Below are positions 11,508 to 21,069 of a DNA stretch of 64,000 nucleotides, piece by piece. This DNA is from an uncultured delta proteobacterium (GTDB lineage: Bacteria > Myxococcota_A > Polyangia > Polyangiales > JAFGIB01): the NCBI GenBank assembly GCA_963778655.1, contig CAVZVA010000010.1, positions 640,001 to 704,000 on the forward strand, given 5' to 3'. Position numbers and translations under genes: made by a program. A model generated the notes under the pieces. The model worked only from the letters and a program-made list of their open reading frames with translations, was not told where the DNA came from and made no database searches. Each line of letters opens with the position of its first letter. The first letter of the stretch is position 1.

Positions 11508-12677
11508 TCAGCTGGGCGGCTTGGGTGGCGGCAGCGGCGGCAGGTCCACGCAGCCGAAGGCGATAGCGATCTTGTCGTACTCGCCTTGCTTGGCCAGGTC
11601 GCAGAACACGCCCTGCAGCACGATCTCGCTCAGGTCCGGCGTCAGCGTCCAGCCGCCGCCCGAGCCGAGGTCGCGCCCCACGTCTTGCTTGACGCCACCC
11701 TGCACGACCACCAAGTGGACGTCGTCGGGATTGGGCGGCGCCATCGGCAGCCCGATCGTGCAGCTGTCGAAGTTGGTCGTGACCTGTTCGCTCACGATCT
11801 TGGCGATCTCGGCCTGCAGGGCCATCGGATCACTCGGGTCCACGTAGTTGAATGTGCCGCCCGAGGTGGCAATGGCGTTGAGGCGGTCGGTGGCGCCAGC
11901 AACTCCCGGCAGGCCGAGCACGTGGGTCTGCACGCCCATCGTCAGCCAGCTGGCGACCGTCTGGTTGACCTGCGTGTCGTCGGTGTTGCAGTTGGGATCG
12001 CCGTCGGTGATCAGCACGACCGTGGTGTTGCCGACCAACGTCGGCAGCGCGGCCATCAACGCGGCGTCCGCGACCATGGTGGCGGTGCCGGTGGGCGTGC
12101 GGCCGTTCGGTCCGTTGGCCATCGTGAAGGTGTTCCACGCGCTGATGAAGTCCGGGCCGGGCATGAACGCGATCTGCAGCGTGCTGTCGATCGGGTCGAC
12201 AGCGCACTGGTCCGCGCCGTTGGGGAAGAAGATCGCACCGGCGGTGATCTGATCCTGCAGCGGCGTCAGCGCCTGGATCAGCGCCTGCGTGGCCACAGTC
12301 CACTTCGACTGACCGGTCGTCCAGGGGTCGTTCATGCTGCCCGACTTGTCGAAGACCACCAGCACGTTGCCGGGCACGGTCGTCATCTTGATCTCCGGCT
12401 CGACCTCGACCGAGCCGCACTGGTTCTGATCGGGCGGCAGCCCGCCCGCGTCGACGACGGCGGCGTCGGGATGCGTGCTGAGCTGCGGTTGCGCGTCGGT
12501 GTTGCCGAAGCCCGTGCCCTGGCCCCCTCCGCCCGAACCGGCGTCTTTGTTGCTCGAGCCAACCTTGGGCACGATGGTGCCGCTCTTGGTGTCCCGCCCG
12601 GCATCACCCGAGGCTCCGCTGCAGCCGGCCAGCGCCAGCAACAGCACGCCCGTCCCCAGTGTCCCCGAAATCCGCAT
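11508..12677 (-). CDS. VWA-domain lipoprotein (myxobacterial type)
   Basis: Lipobox LAGC, MIDAS DKSGSM, GRTPT and VLITDGDP, with a Cys-bracketed C-terminal domain. Confidence 0.85.
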   Translation of the reverse strand: MRISGTLGTGVLLLALAGCSGASGDAGRDTKSGTIVPKVGSSNKDAGSGGGGQGTGFGNTDAQPQLSTHPDAAVVDAGGLPPDQNQCGSVEVEPEIKMTTVPGNVLVVFDKSGSMNDPWTTGQSKWTVATQALIQALTPLQDQITAGAIFFPNGADQCAVDPIDSTLQIAFMPGPDFISAWNTFTMANGPNGRTPTGTATMVADAALMAALPTLVGNTTVVLITDGDPNCNTDDTQVNQTVASWLTMGVQTHVLGLPGVAGATDRLNAIATSGGTFNYVDPSDPMALQAEIAKIVSEQVTTNFDSCTIGLPMAPPNPDDVHLVVVQGGVKQDVGRDLGSGGGWTLTPDLSEIVLQGVFCDLAKQGEYDKIAIAFGCVDLPPLPPPKPPS

Positions 12678-12792
12678 CCGCCGTCCTCCGTCCCGCGCCG
12701 CGCGCTCGGCCTGATCCCGCCTTGTTAGCGTAGTACCCGCGCGACGCGCAGGCGAGTCACCCCGCGCCGGGCGGGCCCGGCCTCGCGCGCGT

Positions 12793-14043
12793 TCAACTCG
12801 GAGGCTTCGGTGGAGGCAGCGGCGGCAGGTCCGTGCAGCCGAACACGACCGAAAGCTTTTCGTAGGTCCCCTGCCTAGCCAGGTCGCAGAACAGCCCCTG
12901 CAGCACGATCTGCGTGCCGGCTGAATCGATCGTCCAGCCGCCGCCGGCTCCGAGATCGCGAGCGACCGCTTGCTTAACGCCGGCCTGGGTCGCGACCAAC
13001 GTCACGTCGTCGGGGCTCGGAGGCGCCTGCGGCAGCGAGATCTGACACGAGTCGAAGCTGGTCGTGACCGACTCGCCCACGATCTTCGCGATCGCGCTCT
13101 GCAGCGCGCTCGGATCGTCGGGCGTGATGTAGCTGCCTGTGCCGCCGGACACGGCCAGGGCGTTGAGGCGGCTCTGCGCGGTACCGATTCCGGGCAGACC
13201 GAACACATGGGTCTGGATCCCCTTGGCCAGCCAGCTTGCGGCCAGCCGATTGACGTCGGCGTCGTTGGTGCCGCAGTTGGGATCACCGTCGGTGATCAGC
13301 ACCACAGCGGTGGTGCCGGTGAGCGTCGCGGATGCGAGCGCGGCGTCGGCCATCTGCATTGCGGCGCCCGTGGGCGTCAAGCCGCTCGGGCCGTGCGTCC
13401 CCATGTATGTGTTCCAGTCGTCGAGGAACTGAGCGCCCGGCTGGAAGTCGATTTGAGAGCCGCTGTCGATCGCAGTGACGCCGCACAGGCCGGGCTGCGG
13501 GAAGAAGATGGTCGCCGCGTTGATCTGGTCTTGAAGCGGGCCGATCGCCTGCGCCACGGCCTGACTGGCCACCGCCCACTTGGACTGGCCGGCGGTGCCC
13601 CAGGGCTCGTTCATGCTGAGCGACTCGTCGAAGATCACCAGCAGGTTGCCGGGCACGACGGTGGTTGCGATGGTGGGCTCGACCTCGACGCCGCCGCAGT
13701 TGGTGGGCTGGTCGGGGGCGGGCCCGGCATCGGGTGCGGGGCGGCCCGGCGCGGGCAGCGCGGGCGCGGTGGGGGCGCCGACGGTGTTGGCAAAAGGGTC
13801 GCTCGGAGCGGCAGCGCCGGCGGCGCCGCCGTAGGGCACGCCGACGCTGGGTCCGTCAGCACGGTTGGTCGCGCTCGGTGGGGAATCGGCAGCGCAGCCG
13901 AACCAGCCAGCCATAGCGGCTAAGAGTGCGATCCGGATCAGGAGACGAAGCGACGCGCGGTGCGTTGAAGGCCCACAAAAGCTGTACTTACACGGCATAG
14001 GTGTAGCTTGATGATCGGCCAAAACAGGGGAGGCCGCCACCAC
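12793..14043 (-). CDS. VWA-domain lipoprotein, paralog of the adjacent gene; true start probably later than 14043
   Basis: DESLSM, GLTPT, VLITDGDPNC; C-terminus DLPPLPPPKPPS identical to the neighbour; signal-like ALLAAMAGWFGC. Confidence 0.83.
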   Translation of the reverse strand: MVAASPVLADHQATPMPCKYSFCGPSTHRASLRLLIRIALLAAMAGWFGCAADSPPSATNRADGPSVGVPYGGAAGAAAPSDPFANTVGAPTAPALPAPGRPAPDAGPAPDQPTNCGGVEVEPTIATTVVPGNLLVIFDESLSMNEPWGTAGQSKWAVASQAVAQAIGPLQDQINAATIFFPQPGLCGVTAIDSGSQIDFQPGAQFLDDWNTYMGTHGPSGLTPTGAAMQMADAALASATLTGTTAVVLITDGDPNCGTNDADVNRLAASWLAKGIQTHVFGLPGIGTAQSRLNALAVSGGTGSYITPDDPSALQSAIAKIVGESVTTSFDSCQISLPQAPPSPDDVTLVATQAGVKQAVARDLGAGGGWTIDSAGTQIVLQGLFCDLARQGTYEKLSVVFGCTDLPPLPPPKPPS

Positions 14044-14231
14044 CCAGGACGACTTAGGTATCAGGTATGAGCAGTAACCCCGACTTTGCGCAGGGCCTGC
14101 TCACTTGGACGACACCAAAGCCGCGCCAAGCTGGGGCCGCGCTCCGGCCCCAGGCGCTGCGGGCGGGTATCCCCCCCTCCCGCGCGATTGGGCGCGTGTG
14201 CTGGGCTCGATCAGGACGATGGACGGGCGGG

Positions 14232-14304
<73 letters not shown>

Positions 14305-14444
14305 GCCGGCTTGGGCCCGCGGACTATACACGCTGCCAGCCAATGGGCAAAGACCAAGCGTCGCGCCCTTGCAGGAGCGCCGCCGGCGTGCGAAGCGAGC
14401 GAACGGTCGCGGCGCGACTCAACGCCCGACGACATGAGGAGCCG

Positions 14445-15608
14445 ATGGCATTTCGAGGAGTCGACTTCTACGCGCTCGACGAGGAGTTGAGCGAGGAAGA
14501 GCGCATGGTGCGGGGCAGCGTGCGCCGCATGGTGGACGAGGAGCTGATCCCGATCATCGCCGAGCACTACCGGCAGGGGAGCTTCCCGATGCACCTGATC
14601 CCGCGTTTCGCGGAGATGGGTCTGCTGGGGGCGAACCTGCAGGGTTACGGCTGCGCCGGCATGGGCCACACCGCCTACGGGCTGATCTGTCAGGAGCTCG
14701 AGCGCGGCGATTCCGGCATCCGTTCGTTCTGCTCGGTGCAAGGCTCATTGTGCATGTATCCGATCCACGCCTTCGGCACCGAGGCGCAGAAGCAAAAGTG
14801 GCTGCCGAAGATGGCGGCCGGCGAGGTGATCGGCTGCTTTGGTCTGACCGAGCCCGACTTCGGCAGCAACCCCAGCGGGATGCTCACGCGCGCCGACAAG
14901 ATCGACGGCGGCTATCGGCTGAGCGGACGCAAGCGCTGGATCACCAACGGCAACATCGCCCAGCTCGCGATCGTGTGGGCCAAGCTGGACGGCGTGATCC
15001 GCGGCTTCCTGGTGCCCACCGACACCAAGGGCTTTACGGCGCAAAAGATCGAGGACAAGTTCTCGCTGCGCGCGAGCGTCACCAGCGAGCTGATCCTGGA
15101 GGACGTCGAGGTGGGCGAGGACGCGATCCTCCCCGGCGTGCAGGGGCTCAAGGGCCCACTCTCGTGCTTGACGCAGGCGCGCAGCGGGATCGCCTTCGGG
15201 GTGATCGGCGCGGCCATGGCCTGCTACGAGTGCGCGCTCGACTACGCCAAGGAACGCGTGCAGTTCAGCCGGCCGATTGCGGGCTACCAGCTGGTGCAGC
15301 AGAAGCTGGTACACATGGTAACGGAGATAACCAAGGGCCAGCTGCTCGCGCTACGCCTGATGCGACTGAAGGAGCAGAAGAAGATGTCGCCGGTTCAGGT
15401 GTCGCTGGCCAAGCGCAACAACTGTTTCCACGCGCTCGAGATCGCGCGCATGGCGCGCGACATCCTGGGCGGCAACGGCATCATGTACGAGTACCCGATC
15501 AGCCGGCATCTGCTGAACCTCGAGACCGTCTATACCTACGAGGGCACCCACGACATCCACACGCTGATCATCGGGCAGCAGCTGACAGGCATCGCGGCCT
15601 TCGAGTGA
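14445..15608 (+). CDS. Acyl-CoA dehydrogenase (glutaryl-CoA dehydrogenase-like)
   Basis: [26 protein letters not shown] and [19 protein letters not shown]. Confidence 0.9.
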   Translation: MAFRGVDFYALDEELSEEERMVRGSVRRMVDEELIPIIAEHYRQGSFPMHLIPRFAEMGLLGANLQGYGCAGMGHTAYGLICQELERGDSGIRSFCSVQGSLCMYPIHAFGTEAQKQKWLPKMAAGEVIGCFGLTEPDFGSNPSGMLTRADKIDGGYRLSGRKRWITNGNIAQLAIVWAKLDGVIRGFLVPTDTKGFTAQKIEDKFSLRASVTSELILEDVEVGEDAILPGVQGLKGPLSCLTQARSGIAFGVIGAAMACYECALDYAKERVQFSRPIAGYQLVQQKLVHMVTEITKGQLLALRLMRLKEQKKMSPVQVSLAKRNNCFHALEIARMARDILGGNGIMYEYPISRHLLNLETVYTYEGTHDIHTLIIGQQLTGIAAFE

Positions 15609-15632
15609 GCGCCGATCTCGAGCGAGTCTGGC

Positions 15633-15893
15633 TCACTCCTCGATCTTGTCCCACCACTGGCACCACCAGCTCTCGCCCACCAGGATGCGCAGCTTCATGT
15701 GCCAGCAGTAGCTGACCTTCTTGTCGACCTCGGAGTAGTAGTAACAGTTGCCGCAGCGCTCGTCGCCGTAGGGCTCACCACGCAGCACCGCGTCGTCGGC
15801 CAGGTGTCGCAGCTCGAGCGAAAGCTTCTCGTCGATCTCCTTGGGCTCGGGGCGAGGCATGTCGTCGGGCAGCTCGGGGAGCTTGGTGGTCAT
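15633..15893 (-). CDS. HiPIP-like [4Fe-4S] protein lacking a signal peptide
   Basis: C-x2-C-x12-C-x14-C ending V-x3-W-W-C-x2-W; GGAGG RBS upstream. Confidence 0.65.
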   Translation of the reverse strand: MTTKLPELPDDMPRPEPKEIDEKLSLELRHLADDAVLRGEPYGDERCGNCYYYSEVDKKVSYCWHMKLRILVGESWWCQWWDKIEE

Positions 15894-16260
15894 CGCGGGC
15901 CTCCGTGGTCGCGGCGTGGAGTGCGTATCGCAAACTTGCACGCGATATCCGTCGCGGCAACCCCGTGCTCGGCGAGCGCCTCGCTAGCGGTGGGAGCGCG
16001 GCGGAGCCAGCGGCGGAGGCAGCCAGCTTTCGACCAGCGTGCGCTCGCCCTGCTGGAAGCGAATCGAGGGCCAGGCGCTCGGCTGGCGGCTGTTGCGAGG
16101 CGAGAGCTGGTCACCCGCCAGCGGGTTGTGCGGCGGGACCAGCGGACGGGGCCGTTGCACAGCGAAGGCACCGAGCTTGGAGTTGCGGGCAGTCATGGCG
16201 CTCGACCGAGTTAATGTGGCCCGGTGAGCAATCCGTTGCGCTGGACGCCGGCGCTCTACG

Positions 16261-16866
16261 TTGGGCACGCGTTTGTCACGTTTCGCCCACATTTTGGCGG
16301 CGTGTGGTTGGCCGCGAGCACGCGAGCGCGGGCGTTCAGTGGACGAGTGGAACCCCGGCGAGCTTGGTCGCGGGCGGCACCAGCAAGTAGCTCTCGCGGC
16401 GAGCGAGCTCGGTGCAGCCTTGTCCTACAACCCGCAGGGGAATTGTCGCTCGAGTCCCACGACGACCAGTGCGTGCAGGAAGTGCTACTTCGCGTCCGGC
16501 CGTCACGAGGCCAAGTGCGGCCGCGCCGGTAAGGACCCGAGCACAGATAACCTGCTCAGTTGCGACTCGCGGGCGGGCGCGTTTGCGGCTTCTGTCCTCG
16601 AAAGAATCCTCGAAATACATCGAGTATTCCTGTGGCTTTTGCTGCGGGCGCGATCGCGCTCCGCCGGCAAGCCGGCCGTGATCAGGTTGTTGCGCTTGGG
16701 CCCTGAGCGTACGCGGCCGCGCGTCAACGAGTGCGATTGCACGGCGGCGTTCGACGTGTGCGAAGACGGCCTGTGCGCGTGCGTGGGCTGCGGGACCCAC
16801 GCGGAGTGCCGCAGGGCGCTGGGCCCGCGCAGCGCGCCGGAGATCGGGACGGCGGTCTGCCGCTGA
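16261..16866 (+). pseudogene. Possible decayed Cys-rich (myxobacterial repeat-like) protein
   Basis: Cys-rich tail VNECDCTAAFDVCEDGLCACVGCGTHAECRR..AVCR; no convincing start and atypical codons. Confidence 0.25.
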
Positions 16867-16943
16867 GCACGGTCGGGACGCGGGCTGCAGGCGCCGCGAG
16901 CGGCGTGGCCGGCCAGCGGGAGTCGCGGCCGGTTGGGGCGGGC

Positions 16944-17621
16944 TCAGGTCGCGAGCGCGAGCAGGCCGCAGCACTCGGCTGCGCGCGCCAGCGCATCGTC
17001 GTCATCGTCGCAGCGCGGGAAGCGGAGCACGGGCATGCGGAGGCGCTGCTGCAAGATGCGGTGGTTGGTGCGGGTGCTGGGGTCGGCGCTCGAGTTGCCG
17101 TGATCGGTGAGCACGACCGCAGCGATGCGTAGCTCGCGGCTGTGCGCCGCCTCTACACAGGTCAGCACGCTGGAGAGAACGCCCAGCTGGTCAGGGGCCA
17201 CGATTAGCAGCGGTAGCCCGAGCAGGACGGCCAGGTCTGCGATGCTGCTGGACGGACCCAGCGGAACCAGCAGCCCGCCAGCGCCCTCAACCAAGAGGGG
17301 GTCGGCGCCGGCGCCGAGCTCGCGCACCCGGGCGGCAAGCATCGCGGGCTCGGGCGGGATGGCGCCGGCCTCAAGGCAGGCCGCATACGGGGCCAGCGGC
17401 AGCGCAGCGCGGAACAGACCGGGGGCGCGTGCCAGCTCCGGGCGGGCACAGGCGCGAGCCAAGGCGAGCGCATCGAGCGGGTCGGGTTCGGCGCCGGTTT
17501 CGAGCGGTTTGAGAGCGGCGGGGTGCTGGTGATGCGCTCGCGCTAGGCGCGCAAGTGCGCGTGTAATAAAGGTTTTTCCGGCGTTGGTGGCGGGCCCCGT
17601 GATGAAGAGCGAAGGTATCAT
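16944..17621 (-). CDS. bioD: Dethiobiotin synthase
   Basis: LFITGPATNAGKT, LKPLETG and LLVEGAGGLLVP; ATGA overlap with bioF. Confidence 0.92.
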   Translation of the reverse strand: MIPSLFITGPATNAGKTFITRALARLARAHHQHPAALKPLETGAEPDPLDALALARACARPELARAPGLFRAALPLAPYAACLEAGAIPPEPAMLAARVRELGAGADPLLVEGAGGLLVPLGPSSSIADLAVLLGLPLLIVAPDQLGVLSSVLTCVEAAHSRELRIAAVVLTDHGNSSADPSTRTNHRILQQRLRMPVLRFPRCDDDDDALARAAECCGLLALAT

Positions 17622-18784
17622 AAGAGATTCCTTACGTCCTTGAAGGCGTGTAGGGACCGCTCGATTTGCTCGCGGGTATGGGTTGCGATGGCGGTGGCGC
17701 GAAGGCGGCTGGTGCCGGACGGCACGGTGGGTGGCCGGATGCCGTGGACGAAGACTCCACGCTCGAGCAGAGCGGCGGACAGCGCCATGGCGGTTTGCGC
17801 CGGACCGATCAGCACGGGGATGATCGGCGCCTGGTCGTCTCCCTGAGCGTCGTAGCCGAGCGCCTGCAGGCCCTTGCGGAGCGCGCGGGCATGGGCCAGG
17901 AGCGTGACCCGGCGGTCGTCGGCGGACTCGACCAGGTCGGCGGCCGCGATTGCGGTGGCAGCGAGCAGGGGTGGAGGTGCGGTCGAAAAGACGTAGCTGC
18001 GCGCACGGTTTTCGACGAGGGCGAGGGTTGGACGGCTGGAGGCGACGAACGCTCCGCTGCAACCGAACGCCTTGCCCAGGGTGCCGATCAGCAGGTCGGG
18101 AAGCACACCGGTGGCGCGGCAGAGCCCGGAGCCCGAGGGCCCCAGGACCCCGAGAGCGTGAGCCTCATCGACGAGCAGACCACTCTCGTAGCGTTGGGAA
18201 AGGCTGCGCAGCGCGGGGAGGGGGGCGAGATCCCCGTCCATGGAGAAGAGGCTTTCGGTGATAACCAGGGCGTTGCGGTGTTCTCGCCGGTGGCGCTCCA
18301 GCAGGAAGGCCAGGTGGTCGGGGTCGCGGTGGCGATAGATGTAGACCTGGGCGCGGCTTAGGCGTGCCCCGTCGATCAAGCTGGCGTGGTTGAGCGCGTC
18401 GCTGAATAGGGCGTCGCCGGAGCCGGCGATGGCCTGGATGGCGCCGAGGTTGGCGGCGTAGCCACTGGTGAAGAGCAGGGCGGCGGGAAGATCAACCAGC
18501 TGGGCGAGGCGCTGTTCGGCTTGCCTGTGGACAATGCTGGTTCCGGAGATGTGGCGGGAGGCCGCCGCACCGACGCCCAGGCGGCCCAAGGCCTCGGTGG
18601 CGGCGGCCACGATATGAGGGTGATCGGCGAGCCCGAGGTAATTGTTGGAGCAGAGACCCAGGACCGGTCGGCCATCAATCGAGATCTCCGGACCCTGTGG
18701 ACCCGAAAGGGCGCGCGGGTGGCGAAGAAGGCCTGCGCGCTCCAGATCATCAAGAGCTTGTTGGATGTGGGTATCGAAGGTCAC
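17618..18784 (-). CDS. bioF: 8-amino-7-oxononanoate synthase
   Basis: SNNYLGL, GYAAN, NHASLIDG, FSMDGD, DEAH, GTLGKAFG and IRPPTVP. Confidence 0.95.
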   Translation of the reverse strand: MTFDTHIQQALDDLERAGLLRHPRALSGPQGPEISIDGRPVLGLCSNNYLGLADHPHIVAAATEALGRLGVGAAASRHISGTSIVHRQAEQRLAQLVDLPAALLFTSGYAANLGAIQAIAGSGDALFSDALNHASLIDGARLSRAQVYIYRHRDPDHLAFLLERHRREHRNALVITESLFSMDGDLAPLPALRSLSQRYESGLLVDEAHALGVLGPSGSGLCRATGVLPDLLIGTLGKAFGCSGAFVASSRPTLALVENRARSYVFSTAPPPLLAATAIAAADLVESADDRRVTLLAHARALRKGLQALGYDAQGDDQAPIIPVLIGPAQTAMALSAALLERGVFVHGIRPPTVPSGTSRLRATAIATHTREQIERSLHAFKDVRNLL

Positions 18785-18804
18785 GCGGGTTGCTGCTGGG
18801 CTCT

Positions 18805-18820
18805 CGTTTCACGTGAAACG
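18805..18820. promoter_or_regulatory. parS: parS centromere-like site (ParB-binding)
   Basis: CGTTTCACGTGAAACG, a perfect 16-bp palindrome whose 14-bp core equals the TGTTTCACGTGAAACA consensus. Confidence 0.85.
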
Positions 18821-18853
18821 CAAGCACTGCATGACAATACATGTCTGCCGTTG

Positions 18854-18869
18854 TGTTTCACGTGCAACA
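18854..18869. promoter_or_regulatory. parS: Second parS site (one mismatch)
   Basis: TGTTTCACGTGCAACA matches 15 of 16 consensus positions; starts 49 bp after the first site. Confidence 0.75.
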
Positions 18870-18903
18870 GGCGGGCCTCCAAGTCGGTCGCGCCGCCCCT
18901 CTT

Positions 18904-19863
18904 CTAGAGCACGATGTCTTTGCGCACAGGGCCATCATAGGCTGCTTCGACGCTCTTCACCGCATCGTCGAGCCCCGCGGCCTCCGGCAGCACGATCTGC
19001 ACCTGCACAATCAGGTCCCCGACCGACGAACCGTGCCTGACACCTTTGCCCCGCAACCGCAATTTCGTCCCGCCCCGCACACCCTTCGGCACCTTCACAC
19101 TCACCGCTCCTTCCGGCGTCGGGACCTGCACTTTCGCCCCGTGATAGGCCTCACCCACGGTCACCGGCAGCTCTAGGCGCAGGTCATCACCTTCGCGGGT
19201 GAAGAAAGGGTGCTCCTTGACGTGGACGTGCAGCACCAGGTCGCCACCCTCGTGCCCCTGCCCCCGTAGCCGGATCTTCCCCCCATCCCGCACCCCAGGA
19301 GGAATCCGGACCTTGATCGTGCGCGCTGCTTCGCCCGGCATCTGCAGGCCGATTTCGCGCTCGCTGCCGCGCACCGCGTCGGCAAACTCCAGTGCCACCT
19401 CCGACACCACATCGCGGGGCCGCGCCCGCCCTCGGCCCCGCGCGTTCCTGCCGAAAACCGTCTCGCCACCCTGCTCCCCGAACAGATCTTCCACGGAGCC
19501 CACACGCCCCCGCCCGCCCCGCACTCCCATCTGGCTCAGCAGGTCCTCCAGGCTCACGAAACCAGAGAAACCGCCGACCCGCTCGCCGTCCCGGGCCCCC
19601 TGCTGGTATCGCCGATAGGCTTCGGGATTGAACCCCTCGCGCAGCCCAACTTCGCCAAACTCGTCATATAATTTTCTTTTTTCTGTCTTTCCTAGTATTT
19701 CGTTCGCATATCCGGCCTCCTTGAACCGCTCCTCCGCCGCTTTGTCCCCGGGATTCCGGTCGGGATGATACTTGCGCGCGAGCTCTCGATACGCCTTGCG
19801 AATCTCTTTCTCACTCGCGCCGCGCGCGACACCCAGGATCTCGTAAAGGTCCCGCTCAGCCAT
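18904..19863 (-). CDS. Class B J-domain chaperone (CbpA/DnaJ-like, no zinc finger)
   Basis: [17 protein letters not shown]-domain; C-terminal VRIPPGV..IRLRGQG and LRLRGKG. Confidence 0.92.
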   Translation of the reverse strand: MAERDLYEILGVARGASEKEIRKAYRELARKYHPDRNPGDKAAEERFKEAGYANEILGKTEKRKLYDEFGEVGLREGFNPEAYRRYQQGARDGERVGGFSGFVSLEDLLSQMGVRGGRGRVGSVEDLFGEQGGETVFGRNARGRGRARPRDVVSEVALEFADAVRGSEREIGLQMPGEAARTIKVRIPPGVRDGGKIRLRGQGHEGGDLVLHVHVKEHPFFTREGDDLRLELPVTVGEAYHGAKVQVPTPEGAVSVKVPKGVRGGTKLRLRGKGVRHGSSVGDLIVQVQIVLPEAAGLDDAVKSVEAAYDGPVRKDIVL

Positions 19864-20114
19864 GCTCGCTCCCGCGGTGCCGGTGCTAGGCCAGCCCGCA
19901 TCACTGCAAACGTAACCATTTTTTCTCCGCTGCCGAACCGTCCCCAGCTCCCGTTGCCCCTCAACCGCAATCGTCCCGCCTTCCGCGCCCCCGCCGCCTC
20001 TGCCTCACGCCCCACCACCAGCACGCTTGCTTGCCCGACCCGCGGCGCTTGAACCACGCCCGCGCCGCATGCTAGTCGGCGACTTCCCGCCCTTGAACCG
20101 CCAGCCGCCACGCA

Positions 20115-20942
20115 ATGGCTGACTCTCCACGGCCCCGGAACAACCTCGCGCTGCGACTGTTGACCGCCGGCGTCTGGGTGCCGTTCCTCATCTACCTGTT
20201 GTATTGGGCGCCGCTCTGGCTCTTTCCGGCTGTCGCCGGCACCGTGTGCGTGCTCGGCGCACGCGAGCTGTTCCTGATGGTCGCCCCCGACCATTTGCTG
20301 CTTCGCCTCTGGGGCGTGCTTGCCAGTTCCGGTGTGTTTGCCCTGATCGGCCTGGACCTGCCGCCGCGCGCCTACTCTCTGGGCATCGTCGCGCTCACCT
20401 CCGCCGGCATGCTGGCCGCGCTCGCACGGCCCGCGCCGCTCGAACAAGCCGCCGCCCGCATGGGCTGGGCGCTGGCCGGTCCCCTCTACCTGGGTTCCTT
20501 GTTCGGCGCGATCGTGCAGCTGTTTCGCCACCCACACGGCGGCTCCTGGGTCATGCTCGCCCTGCTGTGCGGATTCCTGAGCGACACCGGCGGATACTTC
20601 GTGGGACGCCGCTTCGGACGCCACCCCCTGGCCCCGCTGGTCTCGCCCAAGAAGACGGTCGAAGGCTCCCTCGGCGGGCTCGCCGCCGGCTTGGCCGGCG
20701 GCCTCACCGCCCACTTCTGGTTTCTGCCAGAGCTCGGCCTCCCGCACGCGGTCGGGCTGTCGCTGATCGCCACCGGGCTGGGCCAGGCCGGCGATCTCTG
20801 CGAATCCCTGGTCAAGCGCAGTGTGGGCGTGAAGGACAGCGGCACGCTGCTGCCCGGTCACGGCGGCATCCTCGACCGCAGCGACGCGATGCTGTTCAGC
20901 GCTGCCGCGGTGTGGGCGTACGTGGTGCTCATGTCGCACTGA
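20115..20942 (+). CDS. cdsA: Phosphatidate cytidylyltransferase
   Basis: SDTGGYFVGR, SPKKTVEG and GDLCESLVKR..GVKDSG..LPGHGGILDR.D. Confidence 0.95.
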   Translation: MADSPRPRNNLALRLLTAGVWVPFLIYLLYWAPLWLFPAVAGTVCVLGARELFLMVAPDHLLLRLWGVLASSGVFALIGLDLPPRAYSLGIVALTSAGMLAALARPAPLEQAAARMGWALAGPLYLGSLFGAIVQLFRHPHGGSWVMLALLCGFLSDTGGYFVGRRFGRHPLAPLVSPKKTVEGSLGGLAAGLAGGLTAHFWFLPELGLPHAVGLSLIATGLGQAGDLCESLVKRSVGVKDSGTLLPGHGGILDRSDAMLFSAAAVWAYVVLMSH

Positions 20943-21069
20943 TCGGCCGTCCACGCGCCGTTCCAGCGCGCAGACAGTCCCGCATGGGGTTGGTCTCCCC
21001 GGCCGTATTGCCGCAGAATTGGTCCGAGCCCTTCCTCCCGCTTCAACCCCGCGTATCCGAGGTGCTGTT

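Noticed and set aside
18527..18535. TGTGGACAA as a DnaA box marking oriC
   Set aside because: A single imperfect box inside bioF, with no box cluster or AT-rich unwinding element.
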